Source: Utricularia gibba (taxonomy: Eukaryota; Plantae; Magnoliophyta). Taken from it: a stretch of 64,000 bases of DNA. The stretch is taken from the NCBI GenBank assembly GCA_002189035.1, contig NEEC01000107.1:1-64000 (forward strand), given 5' to 3'. Each line of letters begins with the position of its first letter. The first letter of the stretch is position 1. Below are positions 24,201-37,600 of the stretch, in pieces. Made by a program: the position numbers and the translations under genes. Under the pieces are notes generated by a model, which saw only the letters and a list, made by a program, of their open reading frames with translations, did no database searches and was not told the origin of the DNA.

Positions 24201-27200
24201 CGCCTCCTCAAATAAAAAGCTGTGGTTGAGAAAACCATTTGGGGTGCTCATGACATCCTAACTTCAATAAATGCATCACGATTTTCGTCGAATAGGACCC
24301 GATTGGGCTCAGGAGTCGAACATTTCCGGGGTGCTCATTAATAAATGGATCACTTTTTTTCCGGGCTACAAATGACTATGGGCCCGAGCCCGACCCGACC
24401 TCCGCCCGATCAGATGCATATGACGATTTTTCGTCGAATAGGACCCGATTGGGCTCAGGAGTCGAACCGAACCTTGGGTCCGGACGAACTTCCCAATCCT
24501 GGTGCCCCTCGAGAGCGCCTCCTCAGAATATAAAGCTTGTGGATGAGAAAACCATTTGGGGTGCTCATGACATCCTAACTTCAATAAATGCATCACGATT
24601 TTCGTCGAATAGGACCCGATTGGGCTCAGGAGTCGAACCCAACGAATTAGGTAGTGCCGATTGGATCACTTTTTTTGCCGGGCTACAAATGACTATGGGC
24701 CCGAGCGACCCGAAAGAGCGCGCCCATTTGGGTGCCATGGCGAAATAGTTGGGCTTCGAATTGACGAAGCACCCAAAAACGACAAAGAAACAGCTGCCGA
24801 AAACCCAACGTTAATAAATGGATCACTTTTTTTGCCGGGCTACAAATGACTATGGGCCCGAGCCCGACCGAACCTGGTGTGCCCCTCATGAGCAGCGTCC
24901 CCAACGTATCCTTGAATATAGCACTTCCGGGCTACAAATGACTATGGCCCGATGCTCATGACATTTGGGGTGCTCATGACATCCTAACTTCAATAAATGC
25001 ATCACGATTTTCGTCGAATAGGACCCGATTGGGCTCAGGAGTCGAACCGAACCTTGGGTCCGGACGAACTTCCCAATGAAACCATGCAAAAGCAACAAAT
25101 GCTTTTCCTTCAGAAACCATTTGGGGTGCTCATGACATCCTAACTTCAATAAATGCATCACGATTTTCGTCGAATAGGACCCGATTGGGCTCAGGAGTCG
25201 AACCGAACCTTGGGTCCGGACGAACTTCCCAACGAAAGCACCCACCCGACAAGCTTAATAAATGGATCACTTTTTTTCCCGGGCTACAAATGACTGGGCC
25301 CGAGCCCGACCCCCGACCTCGTTGCCCGATCCTGGTGCCCCTCGCCGGGCTACAAATGACTATGGAGCCCGACCCGACCTCCGGCCCGATCCTGGTGCCC
25401 CTCGAGAGCGCCTCCTCAAATATAAAGCTTGTGGATGAGAAAACCATTTGGGGTGCTCATGACATCCTAACTTCAATAAATGCATCACGATTTTCGTCGA
25501 ATAGGACCCGATTGGGCTCAGGAGTCGAACCGAACCTTGGGTCCGGACGAACTTCCCAATGAAAGCACCCACACCAAAAACGACAAGCTTTTCCTTCAGA
25601 AACCATGTAGGAGTCAGCTGCCGAAAACCCAACGTTAATAAATGGATCACTTTTTTTGCCGGGCTACAAATGACTATGGCCCCCGAGCCCGATCCGACCC
25701 GGCCCGAGCCCTCCCCTCCTCCTCCTCAAATATAAAGCTTGTGGATGAGAAAACCATTTGGGGTGCTCATGACATCCTAACTTCAATAAATGCATCACGA
25801 TTTTCGTCGAATAGGACCCGATTGGGCTCAGGAGTCGAACCGAACCTTGGGTCCGGACGAACTTCCCAACGAAAGCACCCACCCAAAAACGACAAGCTTG
25901 GCAGAAACCCGATGTAGGAGTCGAACCTGCCGAAAACCCAACGTTAATAAATGGATCACTTTTTTTCCGGGCTACAAATGACTATGGGCCCGAGCCCGAC
26001 CGACGAAAACCCAATGGAGAGCGCCTCCTCAAATATAAAGCTTGTGGAGAGCCATTTGGGGTGCTCATGACATCCTAACTTCAATAAATGCATCACGATT
26101 TTCGTCGAATAGGACCCGATTGGGCTCAGGAGTCGAACCGAACCTTGGGTCCGGACGAACTTCCCAATGGCCCAGCAACCTTTTCCTTCAGAAACCCCAG
26201 ATGCTGAAAACCCAACGTTAATAAATGGATCACTTTTTTTGCCGGGCTACAAAGACTATGGGCCCGAGGATCGACCCGACCTCCGGCCCGATCCTGGTGC
26301 CCCTCGAGAGCGCCTCCTCAAATATAAAATCTTTTGCCATTCGGGGGTATGACATCCTAACTTCAATAAATGCATCACGACAAATTTTCGTCGAATAGGA
26401 CCCGATCCTGGGCGCAGGAGTCGAACCGAACCTTGGGTCCGGACGAACTTCCCAACGAAAGCACCACCCAAAAACGACAATAGCTTTTCCTTCAGAAACC
26501 ATGTAAGCTGCCGAAAACCCAACGTTAATAAATGGATCACTTTTTTTGCCGGGCTACAAATGACTATGGGCCCGAGCCCGACCCGACCTGCCCGATCCTG
26601 GTGCCCCTCCGGCCCGATCCTGGTGCCCCTCGAGAGCGCCTCCTCAAATATAAAGCTGTGGATGAGAAAACAATAAATCATCATGCCTCGAATTCAATAA
26701 ATGCATCACGATTTTCGTCGAATAGGACCCGGATTGGGCTCAGGAGTCGAACCGAACCTTGGGTCCGGACGAACTTCCCAATGAAAGCACCCAACCAAAA
26801 ACGACAAGCCGATTTTCCTTCAGAAACCATGTAGGCAGCTGCCGAAAACCCAACGTTAATAAATGGATCACTTTTTTTGCCGGGCTACAAATGACTATGG
26901 GCCCGAGCCCGACCGACCTCCGCCCTATCCTGTGCCCCTCGAGAGCGCCTCCTCAAATAAAAAGCATTTGTGGACATGAGAAAACCATTGGGGGAGTCGT
27001 CTGACATCCTTCAGACCATTCAATAAATGCATCACGATTTTCGTCGAATAGGACCCGATTGGGCTCAGGAGTCGAACCGAACATTGGGTCCGGACGAACT
27101 TCCCAACCCGAAAGCACCCAACCAAAAACGACAAGCTTTTCCAGATGAAATGTAGCAGCTGCCGAAAACCCAACGTTAATAAATGGATCACTTTTTTTGC

Positions 27201-30200
27201 CTACAAATGACTATGGGCCCGACCCGACCCCTCCGGACCTGATCCTGGTGCCCCTCGAGAGCGCCTCCTCAAAAATATAAAGCTTGTGGATGAGAAAACC
27301 ATTTGGGTGGACATCCTAACTGATCACGAAATAGGACCCGATTTCAGGAAAAACCTGCTCATTTTCGTCAAATGGATCAATTATGGGCCCGATCATCCTG
27401 GAGAGCGCCTCGATTTGATGGGACGTCCCCGATTGGGCTCAGGAGTCGAACCGAACCTTGGGTCCGGACAATGAAAGCAGAAAGCACTTGACAAGGAAAA
27501 AGAAACCTTTTATGAGCAGATTTTCGTCGCCCGAAGGAAACCCAAACGTTAATAAATGGATCACTTTTTTTGCCGGGCTACAAATGACTATGGGCCGAGC
27601 CCGACCCGACGCTCCGGCCCGATCCTGGTGCCCCTCGAGAGCGCCTCCTCAAATATAAAGCTTGTGGATGAGAAAACCATTGGGGTGCTCATGACATCCT
27701 AACTTCAATAAATGCATCACGATTTTCGTCGAATAGGACCCGATTGGGCTCAGGAGTCGAACCGAACCTTGGGTCCGGACGAACTTCCCAATGAAAGCAC
27801 CCAACCAAAAAACGACAAGCTTTTCCTTCAGAAACTTGTGGATGAGAAAACCATTTGTAAGCAGCTGCCGAAAACCCAACGTTAATAAATGGATCACTTT
27901 TTTTCCGGGCTACAAATGACTATGGGCTCACAGTCCGACCCGGGCCCCCGATCTCCGAACCCGACGAACTCCGAAAGCACCCAATATAGCAAGCTTTTTT
28001 TGTACAAATGACTATGGGCCCGAGCCCGACCCGACCTCCGCCGATCCTGGTGCCCCTCGAGAGCGCCTCCTCAAATATAAAGCTTGTGGATGAGAAAACC
28101 ATTTGGGGTGCTCATGACATCCTAACTTCAATAAATGCATCACGATTTTCGTCGAATAGGACCCGATTGGGCTCAGGAGTCGAACCGAACCTTGGGTCCG
28201 GACGAACTTCCCAATGAAAGCACCCACCAAAAACGACAAGCTTTTCCTTCAGAAACCATGTAGGCAGCTGCCGAAAACCCAACGTTAATAAATGGATCAC
28301 TTTTTTTGCCGGGCTACAAATGACTATGGGCCCGAGCCCGACCCGACCTCCGGCCCGATCCTGCCCCTCGAGAGCGCCTCCTGGTGCCATTTGGGGTGCT
28401 CATGACATCCTAACTTCAATAAATGCATCACGATTTTCGTCGAATAGGACCCGATTGGGCTCAGGAGTCGAACGAACCTTGGGTCCGGATGAACTTCCCA
28501 ACGAAAGCTTTTCCTTCAGTGTAGGCATGCCGAAAACCCAACGTTAATAAATGGATCCACAAATGACTATGGTGCCCGATCCCATTTGGGGTGCTCATGA
28601 CATCCTAACTTCAATAAATGCATCACGATTTTCGTCGAATAGGACCCGATTGGGCTCAGGAGTCGAACCGAACCTTGGGTCCGGACGAACTTCCCAAAAA
28701 GCTTGAAACCATGGCAGCTGCCGAGTTAATAAATGGATCACTTTTTTTCCGGGCTACAAATGACTATGGCCCGAGCCCGACCCGACCTCCGGCCCGATCC
28801 TGGTGCCCCTCGAGAGCGCCTCCTCAAATATAAAGCTTGTGGATGAGAAAACCATTTGGGGTGCTCATGACATCCTAACTTCAATAAATGCATCACGATT
28901 TTCGTCGAATAGGACCCGATTGGGCTCAGGAGTCGAACCGAACCTTGGGTCCGGACGAACTTCCCAACGAAAGCACCCAACCAAAAACGACAAGCTTTTC
29001 CTTCAGAAACCATGTAGCAGCTGCCGAAAACCCAACGTTAATAAATGGATCACTTTTTTGCCGGGCTACAAATGACTATGGGCCCGAGCCCGACCCGACC
29101 TCCGGCCCGATCCTGGTGCCCCTCGAGAGCGCCTCCTCAAATATAAAGCTTGTGGATGAGAAAACCATTTGGGGTGCTCATGACATCCTAACTTCAATAA
29201 ATGCATCACGATTTTCGTCGAATAGGACCCGATTGGGCTCAGGAGTCGAACCGAACCTTGGTCACTGCCGACGAACTTCCCAATGAAAGCACCCAACCAA
29301 AAATGCGACAATGACATTTTCCTTCAGAAACGAACATTGTAGGCAGCACTGCCGTACAAACCCAACGTTAATAAATGGATCACTTTTTTTGCCGGGCTAC
29401 AAATGACTATGGGCCCGAGCCCGACCCGACCTCCGGCCCGATCCTGGTGCCCCTCGAGAGCGCCTCCTCAAATATAAAGCTTGTGGATGAGATGAATAAC
29501 CATTTCAGGGTTGGGCTCATGAACATTTTCCTTCAACTTCAGATTAAAAATGGATCACTTTTTTTCCGGGCTACAAATGACTATGGGCCCGAGCCGACCC
29601 GACCTCCGGCCCGATCCTGGTGCCCCTCGAGAGCCTCCTCAAATAAAAAGCTTGTGGAGAAAACCATTGGGTGCTCATGACATCCTAACTTCAATAAATG
29701 CATCACGATTTTCGTCGAATAGGACCCGATTGGGCTCAGGAGTCGAACCGAACCTTGGGTCCGGACGAACTTCCCAACGAAAGCACCCACCCAAAAACGA
29801 CAAGCTTTTCCTTCAGAAACCATGTAGGCAGCTGCCGAAACCCAACGTTAATAAATGGATCACTTTTTTTGCCGACAAACCCGAGCCCGACGTTCGAGAG
29901 CGCCTCCTCAAATAAAGCTTGTGGATGAGAAAACCATTTGGGGTGCTCATGACATCCTAACTTCAATAAATGCATCACGATTTTCGTCGAATAGGACCCG
30001 ATTGGGCTCAGGAGTCGAACGAACCTTGGGTCCGGACGAACTGAAAGCACCCAACCAAAAACGACAAGCTTTTCCTTCAGAAACCATGGCAGCTGCCGAA
30101 AACCCAACGTTAATAAATGGATCACTTTTTTTGCCGGCTACAAATGACTATGGCCCGAGCCGACCCGACCTCCGGCCCGATCCTGGTGCCCCTCGAGAGC

Positions 30201-31640
30201 GCCTCCTCAAATATAAAGCTTGTGGATGAGAAAACCATTTGGGGTTGCTCATGACATTTTCCGGATAACTTCAATAAAACCTGCATCACCCAACGATTTT
30301 CCGTCAGAATAGGACCCGATTGGGCCCCTCGAGGAGCTCGAGACCGCAACCTTGGGTCCGGAGTCGAACCGAACCTTGGGTCCGGACGAACTTCCAACGA
30401 AAGCACCCACCCAAAAACGACAAGCTTTTCCTTCAGAAACATGTAGCAGCTGCCGAAAACCCAACGTTAATAAATGGATCACTTTTTTTCCGGGCTACAA
30501 ATGACTATGGGCCCGAGCCGACCCGACCTCCGGCCCGATCCTGGTGCCCCTCGAGAGCGCCTCCTCAAATATAAAGCTTGTGGTGAGAAAACCATTTGGG
30601 GTGCTCATGACATCCTAACTTCAATAAATGCATCACGATTTTCGTCGAATAGGACCCGATTGGGCTCAGGAGTCGAACAGAACCTTGGGTCCGGACGAAC
30701 TTCCCAATGAAAGCACCCACCAAAAACGACAAGCTTTTCCTTCAGAAACCAATGTAGGCAGCTGCCGAAAACCCAACGTTAATAAATGGATCACTTTTTT
30801 TGCCGGGCTACAAATGACTATGGGCCCGAGCCCGACCCGACCTCCGGCCCGATCCTGGTGCCCTCGAGAGCGCCTCCTCAAATATAAAGCTTGTGGATGA
30901 GAAAACCATTTGGGTGCTCATGACATCCTAACTTCAATAAATGCATCCGAGGACCCGATTGGGCTCAGGAGTCGAACGAACCTTGGGTCCGGACGAACTT
31001 CCCAACGAAAGCACCCACCAAAAACGACAAGCTTTTCCTTCAGAAACCATGTAGCAGCTGCCGAAAACCCAACGTTAATAAATGGATCACTTTTTTTGGG
31101 CTACAAATGACTATGGGCCCGAGCCGACCCGACCTCCGGCCCGATCCTGGTGCCCCTCGAGAGCGCCTCCTCAAATATAAAGCTTGTGGATGAGAAAACC
31201 ATTTGGGTGCTCATGACATCCTAACTTCAATAAATGCATCACGATTTTCGTCGAATAGGACCGATTGGGCTCAGGAGTCGAACCGAACCTTGGGTCCGGA
31301 CGAACTTCCCAACGAAAGCACCCAACCCAAAAACGACAAGCTTTTCCTTCAGAAACCATGTAGGCAGCTGCCGAAAACCCAACGTTAATAAATGGATCAC
31401 TTTTTTGCCGGGCTACAAATGACTATGGGCCCGAGCCCGACCGACCTCCGGCCCGATCCTGGTGCCCCTCGAGAGCGCCTCCTCAAATATAAAAGAAAAC
31501 ATTTGGGGTGCTCATGACATCCTAACTTCAATAAATGCATCACGATTTTCGTCGAAAGGACCGATTGGGCTGGAGTCGAACGAACCTCCGGACGAACTTC
31601 CAAGCACCCATTTTCCTTCAGAAACCATGTAGGCAAAAAT
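21291..31640 (+). repeat. Domain II: disrupted zone of truncated, shuffled and chimeric monomers interleaved with intact ones
   Basis: Many breaks in register, for example at 21301-21420, 24081-24960, 25081-25360, 27301-27540, 27901-28000, 29491-29550, 30241-30380 and 31491-31640. The inserted pieces are recognisable monomer fragments. Confidence 0.85.
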
Positions 31641-34600
31641 GCATCACGATTTTCGTCGAATAGGACCCGATTGGGCTCAGGAGTCGAACGAACCTTGGGT
31701 CCGGAGAACTTCCCAACGAAAGCACCCACCCAAAAACGACAAGCTTTTCCTTCAGAAAAATGTAGGCAGCTGCCGAAAACCCAACGTTAATAAATGGATC
31801 ACTTTTTTTGCCGGGCTACAAATGACTATGGCCCGAGCCCGACCCGACCTCCGGCCCGATCCTGGTGCCCCTCGAGAGCGCCTCCTCAAATATAAAGCTT
31901 GTGGATGAGAAAACCATTTGGGGTGCTCATGACATCCTAACTTCAATAAATGCATCACGATTTTCGTCGAATAGGACCCGATTGGGCTCAGAGTCGAACG
32001 AACCTTGGGTCCGGACGAACTTCCCAACGAAAGCACCCAACCAAAAACGACAAGCTTTTCCTTCAGAAACCATGTAGCAGCTGCCGAAAACCCAACGTTA
32101 ATAAATGGATCACTTTTTTTGCCGGGCTACAAATGACTATGGGCCCGAGCCCGACCCGACCTCCGGCCCGATCCTGGTGCCCCTCGAGAGCGCCTCCTCA
32201 AATAAAAGCTTGTGGTGAGAAAACCATTTGGGTGCTCATGACATCCTAACTTCAATAAATGCATCACGATTTTCGTCGAATAGGACCCGATTGGGCTCAG
32301 GAGTCGAACCGAACCTTGGGTCCGGACGAACTTCCCAATGAAAGCACCCACCAAAAACGACAAGCTTTTCCTTCAGAAAAAATGTAGCAGCTGCCGAAAA
32401 CCCAACGTTAATAAATGGATCACTTTTTTTGCCGGGCTACAAATGACTATGGCCCGAGCCCGACCCGACCTCCGGCCCGATCCTGGTGCCCCTCGAGAGC
32501 GCCTCCTCAAATATAAAGCTTGTGGATGAGAAAACCATTTGGGTGCTCATGACATCCTAACTTCAATAAATGCATCACGATTTTCGTCGAATAGGACCCG
32601 ATTGGGCTCAGGAGTCGAACGAACCTTGGGTCCGGACGAACTTCCCAATGAAAGCACCCACCAAAAACGACAAGCTTTTCCTTCAGAAAAATGTAGCAGC
32701 TGCCGAAAACCCAACGTTAATAAATGGATCACTTTTTTGCCGGGCTACAAATGACTATGGGCCGAGCCCGACCGACCTCCGGCCCGATCCTGTGCCCCTC
32801 GAGAGCGCCTCCTCAAATATAAAGCTTGTGGATGAGAAAACCATTTGGGGTGCTCATGACATCCTAACTTCAAAAAAATGCATCACGATTTTCGTCGAAT
32901 AGGACCCGATTGGGCTCAGGAGTCGAACCGAACCTTGGGTCCGGACGAATTCCCAACGAAAGCACCCAAAAAACGACAAGCTTTTCCTTCAGAAACCATG
33001 TAGGCAGCTGCCGAAAACCCAACGTTAATAAATGGATCACTTTTTTTCCGGGCTACAAATGACTATGGCCCGAGCCCGACCCGACCTCCGGCCCGATCCT
33101 GGTGCCCCTCGAGAGCGCCTCCTCAAATATAAAGCTTTGGGAGAAAACCATTTGGGTGCTCATGACATCCTAACTTCAATAAATGCATCACGATTTTCGT
33201 CGAATAGACCCGATGGGCTCAGGAGTCGAACCGAACCTTGGTCCGACGAACTTCCCAACGAAAGCACCCACCAAAAACGACAAGCTTTTCCTTCAGAAAC
33301 CATGTAGCAGCTGCCGAAAACCCAACGTTAATAAATGGATCACTTTTTTCCCGGGCTACAAATGACTATGGGCCGAGCCCGACCCGACCTCCGGCCCGAT
33401 CCTGGTGCCCCTCGAGAGCGCCTCCTCAAAATAAAGCTTGTGGATGAGAAAACCATTGGGTGCTCATGACATCCTAACTTCAATAAATGCATCACGATTT
33501 TCGTCGAATAGGACCCGATTGGGCTCAGGAGTCGAACCGAACCTTGGGTCCGGACGAACTTCCCAATGAAAGCACCCAACCAAAAACGACAAGCTTTTCC
33601 TTCAGAAACCATGTAGCAGCTGCCGAAAACCAACGTTAATAAATGGATCAAGCTTTTCCTTCAGAAACCATGTAGGCAGCTGCCGAAAACCCAACGTTAA
33701 TAAATGGATCACTTTTTTGCCGGGCTACAAATGACTATGGGCCCGAGCGGACCTCCGGCCCGATCCTGGTGCCCCTCGAGAGCGCCTCCTCAAATAAAAG
33801 CTTGTGGTTGAGAAAACCATTTGGGGTGCTCATGACATCCTAACTTCAAAAATGCATCACGATTTTCGTCGAATAGGACCCGATTGGGCTCAGGAGTCGA
33901 ACCGAACCTTGGGTCCGGACGAACTTCCCAAGAAAGCACCCAACCAAAAACGACAAGCTTTTCCTTCAGAAACCATGTAGGCAGCTGCCGAAAACCCAAC
34001 GTTAATAAATGGATCACTTTTTTTGGGCTACAAATGACTATGGGCCGAGCCCGACCCGACCTCCGGCCCGATCCTGGTGCCCCTCGAGAGCGCCTCCTCA
34101 AATATAAAGCTTGTGGATGAGAAAACCATTTGGGGTGCTCATGACATCCTAACTTCAAAAAATGCATCACGATTTTCGTCGAATAGGACCCGATTGGGCT
34201 CAGGAGTCGAACCGAACCTTGGGCCGGACGAACTTCCCAATGAAAGCACCCAACCAAAAACGACAAGCTTTTCCTTCAGAAACCATGTAGGCAGCTGCCG
34301 AAAACCCAACGTTAATAAATGGATCACTTTTTTTGCCGGGCTACAAATGACTATGGGCCCGAGCCCGACCCGACCTCCGGCCCGATCCTGGTGCCCCTCG
34401 AGAGCGCCTCCTCAAATAAAAGCTTGTGGATGAGAAAACCATTTGGGGTGCTCATGACATCCTAACTTTCAATAAATGCATCACGATTTTCGTCGAATAG
34501 GACCCGATTGGGCTCAGGAGTCGAACGAACCTTGGGTCCGGATGAACTTCCCAACGAAAGCACCCACCAAAAACGACAAGCTTTTCCTTCAGAAACATGT

Positions 34601-37600
34601 AGGCAGCTGCCGAAAACCCAACGTTAATAAATGGATCACTTTTTTTGCCGGGCTACAAATGACTATGGGCCGAGCCCGGACCTCCGGCCCGATCCTAGTG
34701 CCCCTCGAGAGCGCCTCCTCAAATAAAAAGCATGTGGTTGAGAAAACCATTTGGGGTGCTCATGACATCCTAACTTCAATAAATGCATCACGATTTTCGT
34801 CGAATAGGACCCGATGGCTCAGGAGTCGAACCGAACCTTGGGTCCGGATGAACTTCCCAACGAAAGCACCCCCAAAAACGACAAGCTTTTCCTTCAGAAA
34901 CCATGTAGGCAGCTGCCGAAAACCCAACGTTAATAAATGGATCACTTTTTTTGCCGGGCTACAAATGACTATGGGCCCGAGCCCGACCCGACCTCCGGCC
35001 CGATCCTGGTGCCCCTCGAGAGCGCCTCCTCAAATATAAAGCTTGTGGATGAGAAAACCATTTGGGGTGCTCATGACATCTAACTTCAATAAATGCATCA
35101 CGATTTTCGTCGAATAGGCCGATTGGGCTCAGGAGTCGAACCGAACCTTGGGTCCGGAGAATTCCCAACGAAAGCACCCACCCAAAAAACGACAAGCTTT
35201 TCCTTCAGAAACCATGTAGGCAGCTGCCGAAAACCCAACGTTAATAAATGGATCACTTTTTTTGCCGGGCTACAAATGACTATGGGCCGAGCCGACCGAC
35301 CTCCGGCCCGATCCTGGTGCCCTCGAGAGCGCCTCCTCAAATAAAAGCTTGTGGTTGAGAAAACCATTTGGGGTGCTCATGACATCCTAACTTCAAAATG
35401 CATCACGATTTTCGCGAATAGGACCGATTGGGCTCAGGAGTCGAACCGAACCTTGGGTCCGGACGAACTTCCCAATGAAAGCACCCACCAAAAACGACAA
35501 GCTTTTCCTTCAGAAACCATGTAGGCAGCTGCCGAAACCCAACGTTAATAAATGGATCACTTTTTTGCCGGGCTACAAATGACTATGGGCCCGAGCCCGA
35601 CCCGACCTCCGGCCCGATCCTGGTGCCCCTCGAGAGCGCCTCCTCAAATATAAAGCTTGTGGATGAGAAAACCATTTGGGGTGCTCATGACATCCTAACT
35701 TCAAATGCATCACGATTTTCGTCGAATAGGACCCGATTGGGCTCAGGAGTCGAACGAACCTTGGGTCCGGATGAACTTCCCAACGAAAGCACCCACCAAA
35801 AACGACAAGCTTTTCCTTCAGAAACATGTAGGCAGCTGCCGAAAACCCAACGTTAATAAATGGATCACTTTTTTTGCCGGGCTACAAATGACTATGGGCC
35901 CGACGACCTCCCCGATCCTGGTGCCCCTCGAGAGCGCCTCCTCAAATATAAAGTTGTGGTGAGAAAACCATTTGGGGTGCTCATGACATCCTAACTTCAA
36001 TAAATGCATCACGATTTTCGTCGAATAGGACCCGATTGGGCTCAGGAGTCGAACCGAACCTTGGGTCCGGTGAACTTCCCAACGAAAGCACCCACCCAAA
36101 AACGACAAGCTTTTCCTTCAGAAACCATGTAGCAGCTGCCGAAAACCCAACGTTAATAAATGGATCACTTTTTTTCCGGGCTACAAATGACTATGGCCCG
36201 AGCCCGACCCGACCTCCGGCCCGATCCTGGTGCCCCTCGAGAGCGCCTCCTCAAATAAAAGCTTGTGGATGAGAAAACCATTTGGGTGCTCATGACATCC
36301 TAACTTCAATAAATGCATCACGATTTTCGTCGAATAGGACCCGATTGGGCTCAGGAGTCGAACCGAACCTTGGGTCCGGATGAACTTCCCAACGAAAGCA
36401 CCCACCCAAAAACGACAAGCTTTTCCTTCAGAAAACATGTAGGCAGCTGCCGAAAACCCAACGTTAATAAATGGATCACTTTTTTTGCCGGGCTACAAAT
36501 GACTATGGGCCCGAGCCCGACCCGACCTCCGGCCCGATCCTGTGCCCCTCGAGAGCGCCTCCTCAAATAAAGCTTGTGGATGAGAAAACCATTTGGGGTG
36601 CTCATGACATCCTAACTTCAATAAATGCATCACGATTTTCGTCGAATAGGACCCGATTGGGCTCAGGAGTCGAAAGAACCTTGGGTCCGGATGAACTTCC
36701 CAACGAAAGCACCCACCCAAAAACGACAAGCTTTTCCTTCAGAAAACATGTAGGCAGCTGCCGAAAACCCAACGTTAATAAATGGATCACTTTTTTGCCG
36801 GGCTACAAATGACTATGGGCCCGAGGAATGACCTCCGGCCCGATCCTTAGTGCCCCTCGAGAGCGCCTCCTCAAATAAAAGCTTGTGGATGAGAAAACCA
36901 TTTGGGTGCTCATGACATCCTAACTTCAATAAATGCATCACGATTTTCGTCGAATAGGACCCGATTGGGCTCAGGAGTCGAACCGAACCTTGGGTCCGGA
37001 TGAACTTCCCAACGAAAGCACCCACCCAAAAACGACAAGCTTTTCCTTCAGAAACCATGTAGGCAGCTGCCGAAAACCCAACGTTAATAAATGGATCACT
37101 TTTTTTGCCGGGCTACAAATGACTATGGGGCGAGACCCGATCCTAGTGCCCCTCGAGAGCGCCTCCTCAAATAAAAGCTGTGGTTGAGAAAACCATTTGG
37201 GGTGCTCATGACATCCTAACTTCAATAAATGCATCACGATTTTCGTCGAATAGGACCGATGGGCTCAGGAGTCGAACCGAACCTTGGGTCCGGATGAACT
37301 TCCAATGAAAGCACCCAACCAAAAACGACAAGCTTTTCCTTCAGAAACCATGTAAGCAGCTGCCGAAAACCCAACGTTAATAAATGGATCACTTTTTTGC
37401 GGGCTACAAATGACTATGGGCCCGAGCCCGACCCGACCTCCGGCCGATCCTTGCCCCTCGAGAGCGCCTCCTCAAATAAAGCTTGTGGATGAGAAAACCA
37501 TTTGGGGTGCTCATGACATCCTAACTTCAAAAAATGCATCACGATTTTCGTCGAATAGGACCGAAGTCGAACGAACCTGGGTCCGGATGAACTTCCCAAC

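Noticed and set aside
24640-24960. Transposon or foreign insertion in the disrupted zone
   Set aside because: The odd stretches are short and consist largely of rearranged monomer words. There are no terminal repeats, target-site duplications or coding remnants.
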